A stretch of DNA of 38,578 nt from Puia sp. (GCA_036495145.1 DASXNJ010000287.1:1-38578), one strand, 5' to 3'. Shown: positions 18,922 to 28,229, counted from the stretch's first letter. Program-made: numbers and translations. Notes: generated by a model from the sequence alone, not told the origin.

Positions 18922-19722
18922 GTGTTTCGATTTCTGACCAGCAAGCCATTATGGATTAATATCCTTGCCGGCTTTGTGCTCCTGATCGTTCTTCTCCTTC
19001 TGTTTTTGGGCTCACTGGACATTATTACACACCATGGCAAAACAATGAAGATTCCGGCTGTCGTGGGTCAGCCTATAAGTCTGGCCAGAAAAACGCTTGA
19101 GTCACAGGGTTTTGAAATTCAGATCCAGGACTCCATATATAACGATACCGTGCCTCCCCTGCAGGTAATGAAACAGTTTCCCGAAGCCGATAACCTCGTC
19201 AAAGTAAACCGTACCATATACCTGACCATCAACCGGGCTGTTGCGCCTGAAATTGATATGCCAAACCTTCTAAGTATGACTTTCCGAAACGCAGAAATGG
19301 TACTTCGGCGTTATGGCCTTAAATTGGGAGATACAGTATTCAGGCCGGATTTTGCCCGTAACTCTGTTCTGGACCAGGAATTTAAAGGAGAAAGCATCAA
19401 GCCGGGTACTAAAATTCAGCAGGGATCTCTGATAACTCTTGTTCTGGGAAATGGCGTAGGGACGGAATTTGTAGTTCCTGACCTTTTTGGCCTTTCATAT
19501 CGGGATGCACGGGCGGCTTTAAGCACATCCGGATTACTGGTTGGTTCAGTTGTGCCGGATGCGGACGTGAAAGACACCATGGGTGCATTTGTTTACCGGC
19601 AGAATCCGGATCGTTTAGATTATAATAACCAGCCAAACCATATCCGTCAGGGACAAATTATTGATATCTGGTTGTCTGCACTAAAAAAAGAACGGGACAG
19701 CAGTTCCGTAACAAGACCATAA
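18922..19722 (+). CDS. PASTA domain-containing membrane protein
   Basis: GTG start, one N-terminal TM helix, three PASTA-like repeats (IPAVVG, MPNLLS, VPDLFG). Confidence 0.88.
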   Translation: MFRFLTSKPLWINILAGFVLLIVLLLLFLGSLDIITHHGKTMKIPAVVGQPISLARKTLESQGFEIQIQDSIYNDTVPPLQVMKQFPEADNLVKVNRTIYLTINRAVAPEIDMPNLLSMTFRNAEMVLRRYGLKLGDTVFRPDFARNSVLDQEFKGESIKPGTKIQQGSLITLVLGNGVGTEFVVPDLFGLSYRDARAALSTSGLLVGSVVPDADVKDTMGAFVYRQNPDRLDYNNQPNHIRQGQIIDIWLSALKKERDSSSVTRP

Positions 19723-19741
19723 TTAAGATCAAAACCGAATT

Positions 19742-20044
19742 ATGCAATTGATTACTGTTATAGAATTAAAAGAACGCATTTCAAAAGGAGAAAATTTAAA
19801 TCTGGTGGATGTTCGTGAACCATCCGAACACGATGATTTTAATATCGGGGGTGAATTAATTCCGCTTGGCAGAATTCAGGCAATGGATGTCGATCAGCTC
19901 GAAGAACTAAAAAGCGAGGAATTAATTTTGTATTGCCGCAGTGGAAACAGAAGCGGTCAGGCATGTCAGATTTTGGAAATGATGGGCTTTTCCAATACCA
20001 AGAACCTGCAGGGCGGGATGCTTGCCTGGCAGAAAGAACTTTAG
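19742..20044 (+). CDS. Rhodanese-like domain protein
   Basis: VDVREPSE, active-site loop YCRSGNRS, LQGGMLAW. Confidence 0.93.
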   Translation: MQLITVIELKERISKGENLNLVDVREPSEHDDFNIGGELIPLGRIQAMDVDQLEELKSEELILYCRSGNRSGQACQILEMMGFSNTKNLQGGMLAWQKEL

Positions 20045-20073
20045 AGTGTAGTGCATGTTCCATATTCACCACA

Positions 20074-22356
20074 CTATATTTTGATATTTACCGAAAATAT
20101 AAAATTGGTTCCCGCCTGGGGGAATAAAAAATTTTCATTCACCAGCGTTCCTCCGGAATAATATCCATACGTATACCCGGTTGACTCATATTTTTTATTA
20201 AAAACATTATTTACGTAAAGAGCAAAATCGACTGCCGCCTTCGATATTAATTTCGGAGAATAAATAATGCGTACCTGCTGTAAATAATAATTCGAAATCC
20301 GCCTTTGAACGCTCTGTGTATTATCCAGGTAACTATTGCCAACAAACTTTGCAGGTAAGCTGATTTCTAAAACAGACGCGGGATAAAAACTGATCGTGCC
20401 GGCCGCAATGATATCAGGCGAGAGGGCCATATTTGTTTTCTGATAATTTGTACCCAACTGGCCGCCATTGTCATAATCGTCTACGTAAGACGTGTAATTG
20501 GAAATTTTGTTTTGACTGATGGTCAGGTTACCGGAAGCCTGAAACCATTTCGAGGGTTTAATACCCCCCTGCAATTCCAGCCCCAGCCGCCAGCTTCTGG
20601 GTGTATTGGTCCTTGTATATTCTCCCACGTCGTTTATTTTACCGGTGAGAACCAGTTCATCCCTGTACAACATATAATATCCGGTAATGCCCCAATTATA
20701 ACCTATAGTTTTTTTACTCAGACCGAGTTCAAAATCATTTACCGTTTCAGGTTTTGGCTGTTCCGTATTGCCTGTTTCAAAATCATCGCGGTTTGGTTCA
20801 TGGGTTGCGCGTGAGAATGATAAATAGGCCTGGACCGGTCCGTTGGTCCATGAGATACCGGCTTTGGGGTTGAAAAAATTATACTTGTTGAAAATAATAA
20901 TGGATGGGTTATTATCAAATCCGTTGATCCAGTAATTCACCTGTCTCCATTGAATGTCAATAAAACTTGTAAATTTTTCACCCAGTTGCTGCTGCCATTT
21001 CGTGTACACGTTAAAGTCGGTTTTTTTTGCCGGCACATTATAATATTCGTAGTTCGGTTCCACACCACCTGCTGATGTCCAGATAATATTTCCATAATGA
21101 CCGCCGTCATATTCCGTCCAGCCACCACCCAATGAAAGAGACGTTTTGTTTTTGTTGTACTGCAGAGAATAAATTCCTCCGTAAAAATAATTGCTCAGCC
21201 AACGCTGCCTGATCAGGTTGGTATTACTGAGTGTGGTGTCGCCAATCTGAGGATTGGGAACTCCATAATCGGCATATAAAGCGCCGTTTACATATTCTTC
21301 ATAATAACCCTTTCCCCTCGTAAGAAAGGCTGCAATATTTGCACTCAGGACAGTAGATATTTCCCGGTTAAAAAATAATTGATAATGATTCTGCTGATAA
21401 TTGTCAGTCTGGTTTGGGTAGGTGAAGTAGTTGTAAGTGCGTTTTTTTGAATCAAAGAGATTAATCGAATCTCCGGGTGTATTGTATAAGGCGCCGGCAT
21501 AACCTGAATTGTTAAGATATTCCTGTTGAAGTTGCGCACTGTCACCATAAAGTTTCGATTCGGGAACCCCGTTCCAGGCCTGATAAGTTTTTTCGGAGCC
21601 GGTAATAATATTAAAACGAATGGATGTTTTACTGGAGATATAGGCAGCCGAGAAATAAGCTGATTTCAGGTCACTGGTGGCGCGGTCGATATATCCGTTG
21701 CTACTGATCCGCGAGAGTCGCATATCGACTGTAAAATGACCGTCGATAAGGCCGGTGCCTGCTTTCAGTGTATTCTTCCATGAATTGAAAGATCCATAGC
21801 TGTTGTTGAATTCGGCATAGGGATCGGGAAAAAATGCATTACTTGAAAAGTTCATCGTGGCACCGAATGCACCGGCTCCGTTGGAAGAAGTGCCTACTCC
21901 ACGCTGAATCTGGACACTGTTTGTGGAAGAAGCAAAATCGGGCAGGTCTACGAAATAAATGGCCTGGGATTCTGCATCATTATAAGGAAGCCCATTCAGG
22001 GTCATATTGATGCGCGAAGCATCCGTGCCGCGAATTGAAATATTGGTATATCCAATTCCGTTTCCGGCATCTGAGCCTACGACCACAGAAGGTGTCTGAT
22101 CAAGTATATATGGCAGGTCCTGACCATTATTTGTCTTTGCAATCTGAGCCGCATTGATATTCAGTTTTGTAAAAGGGGATTTATCGCCCGCCCGAATTGC
22201 TGTAATCTCTACCGGTTTCAGAAATAGCCCTGTTGTTTTTAGCGAAGAGCTATCGCGATCGGGATTTTGCAAAATACTGTCTGATGCAGTGACCGACTGA
22301 CCAGAAGAATCCAGAACGAATAAAATCAGACTGAGCGAAAACCATAATGCTTTCAT
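20074..22356 (-). CDS. TonB-dependent outer-membrane receptor, probably for thiamine
   Basis: Signal peptide, plug region (SDAGNGIGYT, IRGTD, NGLPYNDAES, QIQRGVGTSSNG), beta-barrel C-terminus; upstream TPP riboswitch. Confidence 0.93.
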   Translation of the reverse strand: MKALWFSLSLILFVLDSSGQSVTASDSILQNPDRDSSSLKTTGLFLKPVEITAIRAGDKSPFTKLNINAAQIAKTNNGQDLPYILDQTPSVVVGSDAGNGIGYTNISIRGTDASRINMTLNGLPYNDAESQAIYFVDLPDFASSTNSVQIQRGVGTSSNGAGAFGATMNFSSNAFFPDPYAEFNNSYGSFNSWKNTLKAGTGLIDGHFTVDMRLSRISSNGYIDRATSDLKSAYFSAAYISSKTSIRFNIITGSEKTYQAWNGVPESKLYGDSAQLQQEYLNNSGYAGALYNTPGDSINLFDSKKRTYNYFTYPNQTDNYQQNHYQLFFNREISTVLSANIAAFLTRGKGYYEEYVNGALYADYGVPNPQIGDTTLSNTNLIRQRWLSNYFYGGIYSLQYNKNKTSLSLGGGWTEYDGGHYGNIIWTSAGGVEPNYEYYNVPAKKTDFNVYTKWQQQLGEKFTSFIDIQWRQVNYWINGFDNNPSIIIFNKYNFFNPKAGISWTNGPVQAYLSFSRATHEPNRDDFETGNTEQPKPETVNDFELGLSKKTIGYNWGITGYYMLYRDELVLTGKINDVGEYTRTNTPRSWRLGLELQGGIKPSKWFQASGNLTISQNKISNYTSYVDDYDNGGQLGTNYQKTNMALSPDIIAAGTISFYPASVLEISLPAKFVGNSYLDNTQSVQRRISNYYLQQVRIIYSPKLISKAAVDFALYVNNVFNKKYESTGYTYGYYSGGTLVNENFLFPQAGTNFIFSVNIKI

Positions 22357-22430
22357 ATTCCAACTTTAATTGAATGGTTAACCCGCGGAAAAAGTTGGAA
22401 AATGCGTACACGGAGGAAGAAAAAAGAAGC

Positions 22431-22530
22431 CACCTTCCCTGCGCAGGCATTATCCTGTTCAGGTTCTACGGGTATTATCTCAGCCAAATGGTCCCCCGCT
22501 GAAAGCGGGGGATGCTTCAGCACCCCGGGA
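22431..22530 (-). ncRNA. TPP (thiamine pyrophosphate) riboswitch
   Basis: Minus strand reads GGGGTGC...GCTGAGATAATACCCGTAGAACCTGAACAGGATAATGCCTGCGCAGGGAAG, the THI-box consensus. Confidence 0.96.
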
Positions 22531-22561
22531 ACTTTAGAAAACCGGTTTTCCGCCGGCAATG

Positions 22562-22569
22562 CAAAGATA
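22562..22569 (-). promoter_or_regulatory. -7 promoter element (TATCTTTG) for the riboswitch/TonB transcript
   Basis: TAnnTTTG about 30 nt upstream of the aptamer. Confidence 0.7.
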
Positions 22570-22674
22570 TGTAAACGGAAACTTTTATTGTACGTCTTAT
22601 TTTTGAATACCGGATGCAACATTTACGACACTCTGTTGTCTTTTACCCACCTTTTCATCATCAAAATAATCAGT

Positions 22675-23376
22675 ATGAAAAAAATTGTATTTGCAGTTTT
22701 GTCCCTGACAATGGCTTTCACCGGCTATGCGCAATCCGGAGATAAAAATTTACAAAAGCGGGAGGTATCCGGATTTCATGGAGTGGATATTTCCGGTGGT
22801 ATTGATCTTTATCTGAGTGACGGGCCTGAATCTGTTGCCATTTCTGCGTCAAATGCGGATGCGAGAGACCATATCGTTACAGAGGTTGTGGGAGGAATCC
22901 TTCGAATACACATGGAAAGTAACTGGTCTCATGACATGGATAATTCAAAAATGAAAGCATATGTATCCCTAAGCAATCTGAAAAATCTTGAGGGCAGTGG
23001 CGGAGGAGATATCATTTTTGAAAATGTGCTGAAAACTGAAGATCTCGACGTGCGCTTATCGGGTGGAGGTTCATTGAAGGGTAAACTTAATGTAAATCAT
23101 CTTGTTATAAATCAGTCAGGCGGATCGGATGTAAAACTTTCCGGAAATGTGCAGAACCTGACTTTGAATGCCAGTGGCGGTGGAAACCTGAAAGGATTTG
23201 ACCTGATTACTGACTATGCCAGTATCCATGCCAGTGGTGGTGCAGAGACTGAGCTGACCGTCAATAAAGAATTGCGCGCGATAGTAAGTGGCGGTGGTGA
23301 TATAACTTACAAAGGAGCAGCATCGGTAAAGGAAATTAAATCGAGTGGTGGCGGAAGCGTTACCCACAAAGACTAA
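22675..23376 (+). CDS. Head GIN domain (DUF2807-like) beta-helix protein
   Basis: Signal peptide MKKIVFAV...GYA|Q and repeated SGGG turns about every 19 aa. Start moved to 22675. Confidence 0.88.
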   Translation: MKKIVFAVLSLTMAFTGYAQSGDKNLQKREVSGFHGVDISGGIDLYLSDGPESVAISASNADARDHIVTEVVGGILRIHMESNWSHDMDNSKMKAYVSLSNLKNLEGSGGGDIIFENVLKTEDLDVRLSGGGSLKGKLNVNHLVINQSGGSDVKLSGNVQNLTLNASGGGNLKGFDLITDYASIHASGGAETELTVNKELRAIVSGGGDITYKGAASVKEIKSSGGGSVTHKD

Positions 23377-23384
23377 GATCCCCC

Positions 23385-23392
23385 TATCTTTG
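23385..23392 (+). promoter_or_regulatory. -7 promoter element (TATCTTTG) for yidC
   Basis: TAnnTTTG consensus just after the upstream stop codon. Confidence 0.65.
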
Positions 23393-23414
23393 CACTCCCT
23401 AAATGGAGAGTAAA

Positions 23415-25238
23415 ATGGGTATGGATCGTAATACGATAATTGGCTTTGTTTTATTGGGCGTTTTATTATTTACTTATTTGTTCACGGCCACAAAAAGTAA
23501 TCAGCAACTGGAAAAACAGCGGCTTCGTGAGGCAGATTCTGTAGCAGCCATAAAAAAACAACAGGAAGCACAACATATAACTCAGGAATCGATAAAAGTA
23601 AAAGTTGCATCCGGCGACTCTCTGACCGGTTTCAATAAAGCGATTGGCGGAACGGAAAAACTGCTGGTCGTAGAAAACGACCTGCTGAAAATCGTTTTCA
23701 GCAACAGGGGAGGACAACCCAGAGAAGTTATTCTGAAACATTTCAAGTTATATGACAGCAGTCTGGTAAAACTGGTGGATTCCAATCTGTCAAACCGGTT
23801 AAATTATGATATTAACACGGGCACAGGACAGGTATCACATATAACGGATCTTTATTTTGATGACGCGAAAGTTGAGAAAGCAACGGACGGGACCCAGACC
23901 ATCACCTCTACATTGCCCGCACCATCCGGACTTTCTATTTTGCATCAATACATCGTCCGTCCCGATAGTTATCTGCTGGACTGGAATCTGACAACCACTG
24001 GCGCCAACCAGTTGTTTTCTCAAAACAATCTGAATATCAACTGGCATTCGGAAATGGAGAAAACGCAGACCTATGTTTACTATGAAAAAAGGCTCACCAA
24101 TGTCTGTTTTTCTACCGATAATACATTTGATTACATTTCTTCCAAATCGGAGAAAACATTCGAGAAACCGGTACAATGGGTTTCTGTCGTTCAGCAGTTC
24201 TTCAACAGAACACTGATTGCAAAAAGTAATTTTGACGGAGGAGACATTCAATGGCATCGTGAGGTTTCAGATACCTCCAATATGCTGGGAACGGCCGATG
24301 TGCACCTGCAGGCAAAATTAACGGGTGCTGCTGCCACTTTAAACTTTCAATGGTATTTTGGTCCCAATGATTATCATATTCTGAAAGCAGCCGGTCCAAA
24401 TATGGATCGCATTGTTGATTTAGGCCGCGACATGTATGCATTTGTCCGACCGATCAACACTTATATTATCATGCCGGTATTTAATTTTTTCCATAGTCTG
24501 GTATCAAGTTATGGTATCGTCATCTTATTACTGACATTATTCATCCGTTTGCTAACCAGCCCGCTGGTATATAGTAGCTATCTGAGCGGTGCAAAAATGA
24601 AAGCGCTTCGTCCGGAGATAGATATTCTCAAGAAAAAAACCGGCGGAGACCAGCAACAAATGGGCGTGGAGCAAATGAAATTATTCCGGGAAGCTGGTGT
24701 GAACCCCCTGGGCGGATGTATTCCGGCCCTTTTGCAGATCCCCATATTTTTTGCGCTGTTTAGTTTCTTCAACTCCAACGTTGCGCTTCGTGGTCAGCCC
24801 TTTTTATGGGCGCACGATCTTTCGATATATGATGTGGTGGTAAAATTGGGATTTACGATTCCCGCGTATGGTGATCATATTAGTCTCTTTGCGACGCTTG
24901 CGGTGATTACGAGTTTTCTCATTTCGTTATATGGTATGAGTATGACACCTGACAATAGTAATCCGGCGATGAAATATATGCCCTATATCATGCCGGTCAT
25001 GCTTCTGTTATTCTTCAATCGTCTGCCGGCGGCCCTCACCTGGTATTATACCGTTTCCAACCTGATTACTTTGATACTTCAATTTGTTATACAGAATTAT
25101 ATAATCGACCACGATAAAATTCTTGCGAAACTGCAGGCAAACCGCACCAAACCCAAAACCAAACCCAAATGGCAGGAGCGTTTTGAGCAAATGCAGGAAG
25201 CACAGAAAAAAATTCAGCAAACGAAGGGGAAGAAATAG
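23415..25238 (+). CDS. yidC: Membrane protein insertase YidC
   Basis: MDRNTIIG N-terminus, YFGPN, GVNPLGGCIPALLQIPIF, FLWAHDLS, YYTVSNL. Alternative starts at 23403 or 23421. Confidence 0.96.
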   Translation: MGMDRNTIIGFVLLGVLLFTYLFTATKSNQQLEKQRLREADSVAAIKKQQEAQHITQESIKVKVASGDSLTGFNKAIGGTEKLLVVENDLLKIVFSNRGGQPREVILKHFKLYDSSLVKLVDSNLSNRLNYDINTGTGQVSHITDLYFDDAKVEKATDGTQTITSTLPAPSGLSILHQYIVRPDSYLLDWNLTTTGANQLFSQNNLNINWHSEMEKTQTYVYYEKRLTNVCFSTDNTFDYISSKSEKTFEKPVQWVSVVQQFFNRTLIAKSNFDGGDIQWHREVSDTSNMLGTADVHLQAKLTGAAATLNFQWYFGPNDYHILKAAGPNMDRIVDLGRDMYAFVRPINTYIIMPVFNFFHSLVSSYGIVILLLTLFIRLLTSPLVYSSYLSGAKMKALRPEIDILKKKTGGDQQQMGVEQMKLFREAGVNPLGGCIPALLQIPIFFALFSFFNSNVALRGQPFLWAHDLSIYDVVVKLGFTIPAYGDHISLFATLAVITSFLISLYGMSMTPDNSNPAMKYMPYIMPVMLLLFFNRLPAALTWYYTVSNLITLILQFVIQNYIIDHDKILAKLQANRTKPKTKPKWQERFEQMQEAQKKIQQTKGKK

Positions 25239-25284
25239 TGTGGAAGTGTGGAGGTATGGAAGTAAAAAGATACTTTCATATTCC
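25238..25284. repeat. Octamer array (GTGTGGAA-like x3) with partial inverted copy
   Basis: gtgtggaa gtgtggag gtatggaa gt ... actttcatattcc followed by a T tract. Confidence 0.6.
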
Positions 25285-25309
25285 TTTTTTAATATGTTCG
25301 GAGGTGCAT

Positions 25310-25337
25310 TAAGCTTTGCGCTTCAGGCTTTAAGCTC
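25310..25337. repeat. Heptamer array (TAAGCTT-like x4)
   Basis: taagctt tgcgctt caggctt taagctc. Confidence 0.7.
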
Positions 25338-25397
25338 AAATGCCCGTTACTTGTTTTATCATATTAAACCTCCCGAACATTTAATACTCTAACAGAT

Positions 25398-26051
25398 ATG
25401 AGCATCATAAAAACCAGATTATTTTTAATAGTACTCATACTGTTACCTTTTTTTGGTTCTTCCCAGAAACGGCTGGGTGATGTGACTTTAGTTTATAATT
25501 CAACTATTACCAATACACAGGACTCCGGCAGGAAAATAATTTCCACAACGAGTTTCTTTGTAAAAGGCAATTTGAGCCGCTCGGAAGTAGTCAGTAATTT
25601 GTTTTCATCTGTCACCATCTATGACTCCCAATCTGGTTCAGGTGTCTTGCTCAAGGAAGTGAACGGTCAGAAACTTCTGATTCGTATGAATGAAGAAAAC
25701 TGGAATCAGAAAAACAGGCGATACTCAAATCTGAATTTTACGAAAACAAATGAAACAAAAAGCATTGCCGGTTATTTTTGTAATCAGGCAAAGGCCTCAA
25801 CGGCGGATGGGTTTGAGATTACAGTTTTCTATACCCGTGATTTGGTGCCTGAAAATAAACTGTATGATCCGCCCTTTAAAAATCTCGACGGATTGCCATT
25901 GGAATATGAACTTACAAAAGGCAATCTGCATATAAAATATTCACTTGCCTCGATAAACCTCAACCCCGTTCCGGCATCCAAATTTGATATTCCCACAAGT
26001 GGCTATAGAGAATTGACATATGAGGAGAGTTTAAAGATGAAAACACAATAA
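25398..26051 (+). CDS. GLPGLI/DUF4412-like exported hypothetical protein
   Basis: Signal peptide; ETKSIAGYFCNQA, FYTRDL and NLDGLPLEY resemble the GLPGLI-family core. Confidence 0.75.
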   Translation: MSIIKTRLFLIVLILLPFFGSSQKRLGDVTLVYNSTITNTQDSGRKIISTTSFFVKGNLSRSEVVSNLFSSVTIYDSQSGSGVLLKEVNGQKLLIRMNEENWNQKNRRYSNLNFTKTNETKSIAGYFCNQAKASTADGFEITVFYTRDLVPENKLYDPPFKNLDGLPLEYELTKGNLHIKYSLASINLNPVPASKFDIPTSGYRELTYEESLKMKTQ

Positions 26052-26216
26052 GGCTTAAAGCGCAAGGCTTGAGGCCTAAGGCCAGTGTGAATATGGGATA
26101 ACATGGAGTGTAAAAATTAAATGAAATTGCCGAAAATCTGATCGGTAAAATTTAATTAATCAAAACAAGAAAGGTAAAAAGAAGCTTTAGGCTTTGGGCG
26201 TTAGGCTTTAAGCTTA
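26050..26216. repeat. Inverted heptamer arrays (AAGGCTT-like x5; AGGCTTT-like x5) between convergent genes
   Basis: 26050-26084 aaggctt aaagcgc aaggctt gaggcct aaggcca; 26182-26216 aagcttt aggcttt gggcgtt aggcttt aagctta. Confidence 0.82.
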
Positions 26217-26600
26217 TTTAGGCATTTGTATGCGAACACCCAGAAACTGCAGGTTTGATTTGGCTCCGAAGCTGTTTGAAATGGGACCAATATTCACTTT
26301 GTACTGATAAGGAAGAATAAGGGTGGTATTTCCATGCTGATAGGTGATCATAGCATTTAAAGAAACCTTGTTATCTGTCCGGGGCTGAAATGAAACCATA
26401 CTTCCACTATATAAAGAGGATGATTTCTTTAATGAAAAAGATGCCGCTGTATTAATTGGAGTAAAATTGTTTTCCAATTCATGACGTTTCTTTTTTCCGC
26501 CACCAGTGCTCGCAAATGCCAAAGCCGTTACTGCAAGCAGTAAACTGACAGCAGTCAGCCGGAGAGCACTTGAAAAAGATGGTGAGTAGTTAGTGGTCAT
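26214..26600 (-). CDS. Small exported hypothetical protein
   Basis: 128-aa ORF with hydrophobic signal-like segment and STGGGKKKR; -7 element TATCTTTG at 26608-26615. Confidence 0.75.
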   Translation of the reverse strand: MTTNYSPSFSSALRLTAVSLLLAVTALAFASTGGGKKKRHELENNFTPINTAASFSLKKSSSLYSGSMVSFQPRTDNKVSLNAMITYQHGNTTLILPYQYKVNIGPISNSFGAKSNLQFLGVRIQMPK

Positions 26601-26800
26601 GTTAAAGCAAAGATAAGATAAAATTTTTAGAGTTTTTTAACCTAATTCAGGGGTTTAATCAGTTATTTTAACACAATCTGTGCCATTTTTGTGGAAAACA
26701 CCCCTATATCGTGATAATACGTAATAGTTAATAAAAGCGTTGCCTTTATAATTTATTTGTGGTTAATGGATTATGAATTAATTTAGTATAACCACCTTAA

Positions 26801-28213
26801 ATGAAAGAAAATCCATACCAGCCCGAACAGGAAGAGATCAGAGAATTGCTGAAACAATATAGTGCCCTTAAAAACGGCCGCAAACACAGCTTTCTCGACG
26901 AAGATTGTTTTGAAAAGATCATCGATTATTACGACGGAAAAGAGGAATTTCCACATGCCCTTGAAGCGGCAGAAATTGGTATTGAGCAATACCCCTTTTC
27001 CTCTATTCTTCTAATACGTAAAGCGGATCTGCTCATTGCCACGCGCAAATATGCTGCTGCGCTGGAAGTTCTGGAAAAGGTAGAATTGCTGGATTCCAAC
27101 GACATCAATCTTTATATCCTCAAAACAGACGCCTATTTAGCCCTTGACCAGCAGGAAAAGGCTGTTATTTTATTGCAGGAGGCACTGGGTCATTTTGAAG
27201 GGAGGGAGAGAATCGAATTGCTGTTTGAATTAGCCGATGTTTATGATGACTACGAGGAGTTTGATAAAATATTTGACTGTCTGCGATGGATCCTTGAACA
27301 GGATTGTGAAAATGAAGAAGCGCTTTATAAAATTTGTTTCTGGACAGATTTTACAGGCCGTAACGAAGAGAGTATTCGTTTACATCAGAATATCATTGAA
27401 GAAAACCCTTATTCGGAACTGGCCTGGTTTAATCTGGCCGCGGCTTATCAGGGATTGAAATTATATGAAAAGGCAGTGGATGCATACAAATATGCTGTTG
27501 CCATAGATGAAAAATTTGACTACGCCTACCGGAACATGGGAGATGCTTTTATCCGGTTAAGAAAATACAGAGAGGCGATAGAAAGCCTGGAAAGGGTTTT
27601 GGAACTGTCAAAACCGGAAGACGTTATTTACGAGGCAATTGGTCATTGTTATGACAAACAAAAACAATATGCCCAGGCCCGTTTTTATTACCGGAAAGCT
27701 TCACATCTTAATCAGGATGACAGTAAATTGATTTATAAAATTGCGTGCACATATCTGAATGAAGGGCAGTGGGCAAATGCAGTGAAACAACTGGAGTCTG
27801 CCATTCGTTTGCAGGCTAAACATCCGGAATATCATCTGGCCCTTGGAGAATGCAAGGTACAGCTCCTCGAATTCCGGGATGCCATACAGGCTTTTGGAAC
27901 GGTCGTTCGTTTGAGGCAGAAAAACATTTCGGGTTGGGAAGCTCTGGTGCGCTGCCTTTATCTTGCCGAAATGTATAAAGAGGCACTCGAACAGGTTCAA
28001 CAGGCAATACGGGTAATCGGTGAAAAACCGCTTCTCACATTTTATATGAGTGCCATTTATTTTGCTATGGGCAAATCGAAAGAAGGATTGATCCATTTGG
28101 ATAAAGCCCTGGAACGCTCGCCCAAATTATTGAAGAAAATGATTGCCCTCAATCCGTCATTACTACAGTCTCAATCCATTGTCGATGTGATCGCGCGTTA
28201 TCGAAAAAGATAA
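26801..28213 (+). CDS. Tetratricopeptide repeat protein
   Basis: Multiple 34-aa helical repeats (AWFNLAAAY, AYRNMGDAF, IYEAIGHCY, YHLALGEC). Confidence 0.92.
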   Translation: MKENPYQPEQEEIRELLKQYSALKNGRKHSFLDEDCFEKIIDYYDGKEEFPHALEAAEIGIEQYPFSSILLIRKADLLIATRKYAAALEVLEKVELLDSNDINLYILKTDAYLALDQQEKAVILLQEALGHFEGRERIELLFELADVYDDYEEFDKIFDCLRWILEQDCENEEALYKICFWTDFTGRNEESIRLHQNIIEENPYSELAWFNLAAAYQGLKLYEKAVDAYKYAVAIDEKFDYAYRNMGDAFIRLRKYREAIESLERVLELSKPEDVIYEAIGHCYDKQKQYAQARFYYRKASHLNQDDSKLIYKIACTYLNEGQWANAVKQLESAIRLQAKHPEYHLALGECKVQLLEFRDAIQAFGTVVRLRQKNISGWEALVRCLYLAEMYKEALEQVQQAIRVIGEKPLLTFYMSAIYFAMGKSKEGLIHLDKALERSPKLLKKMIALNPSLLQSQSIVDVIARYRKR

Positions 28214-28221
28214 GGTTTCCT

Positions 28222-28229
28222 TACTTTTG
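28222..28229 (+). promoter_or_regulatory. -7 promoter element (TACTTTTG) for comA-aroE
   Basis: TAnnTTTG consensus 34 nt upstream of the ATG at 28264. Confidence 0.6.

Noticed and set aside
22353-22674. ORF 22353..22622(-) and the 91-aa extension of 22402..23376(+)
   Set aside because: Both run through the TPP riboswitch; the signal peptide marks 22675 as the true start.
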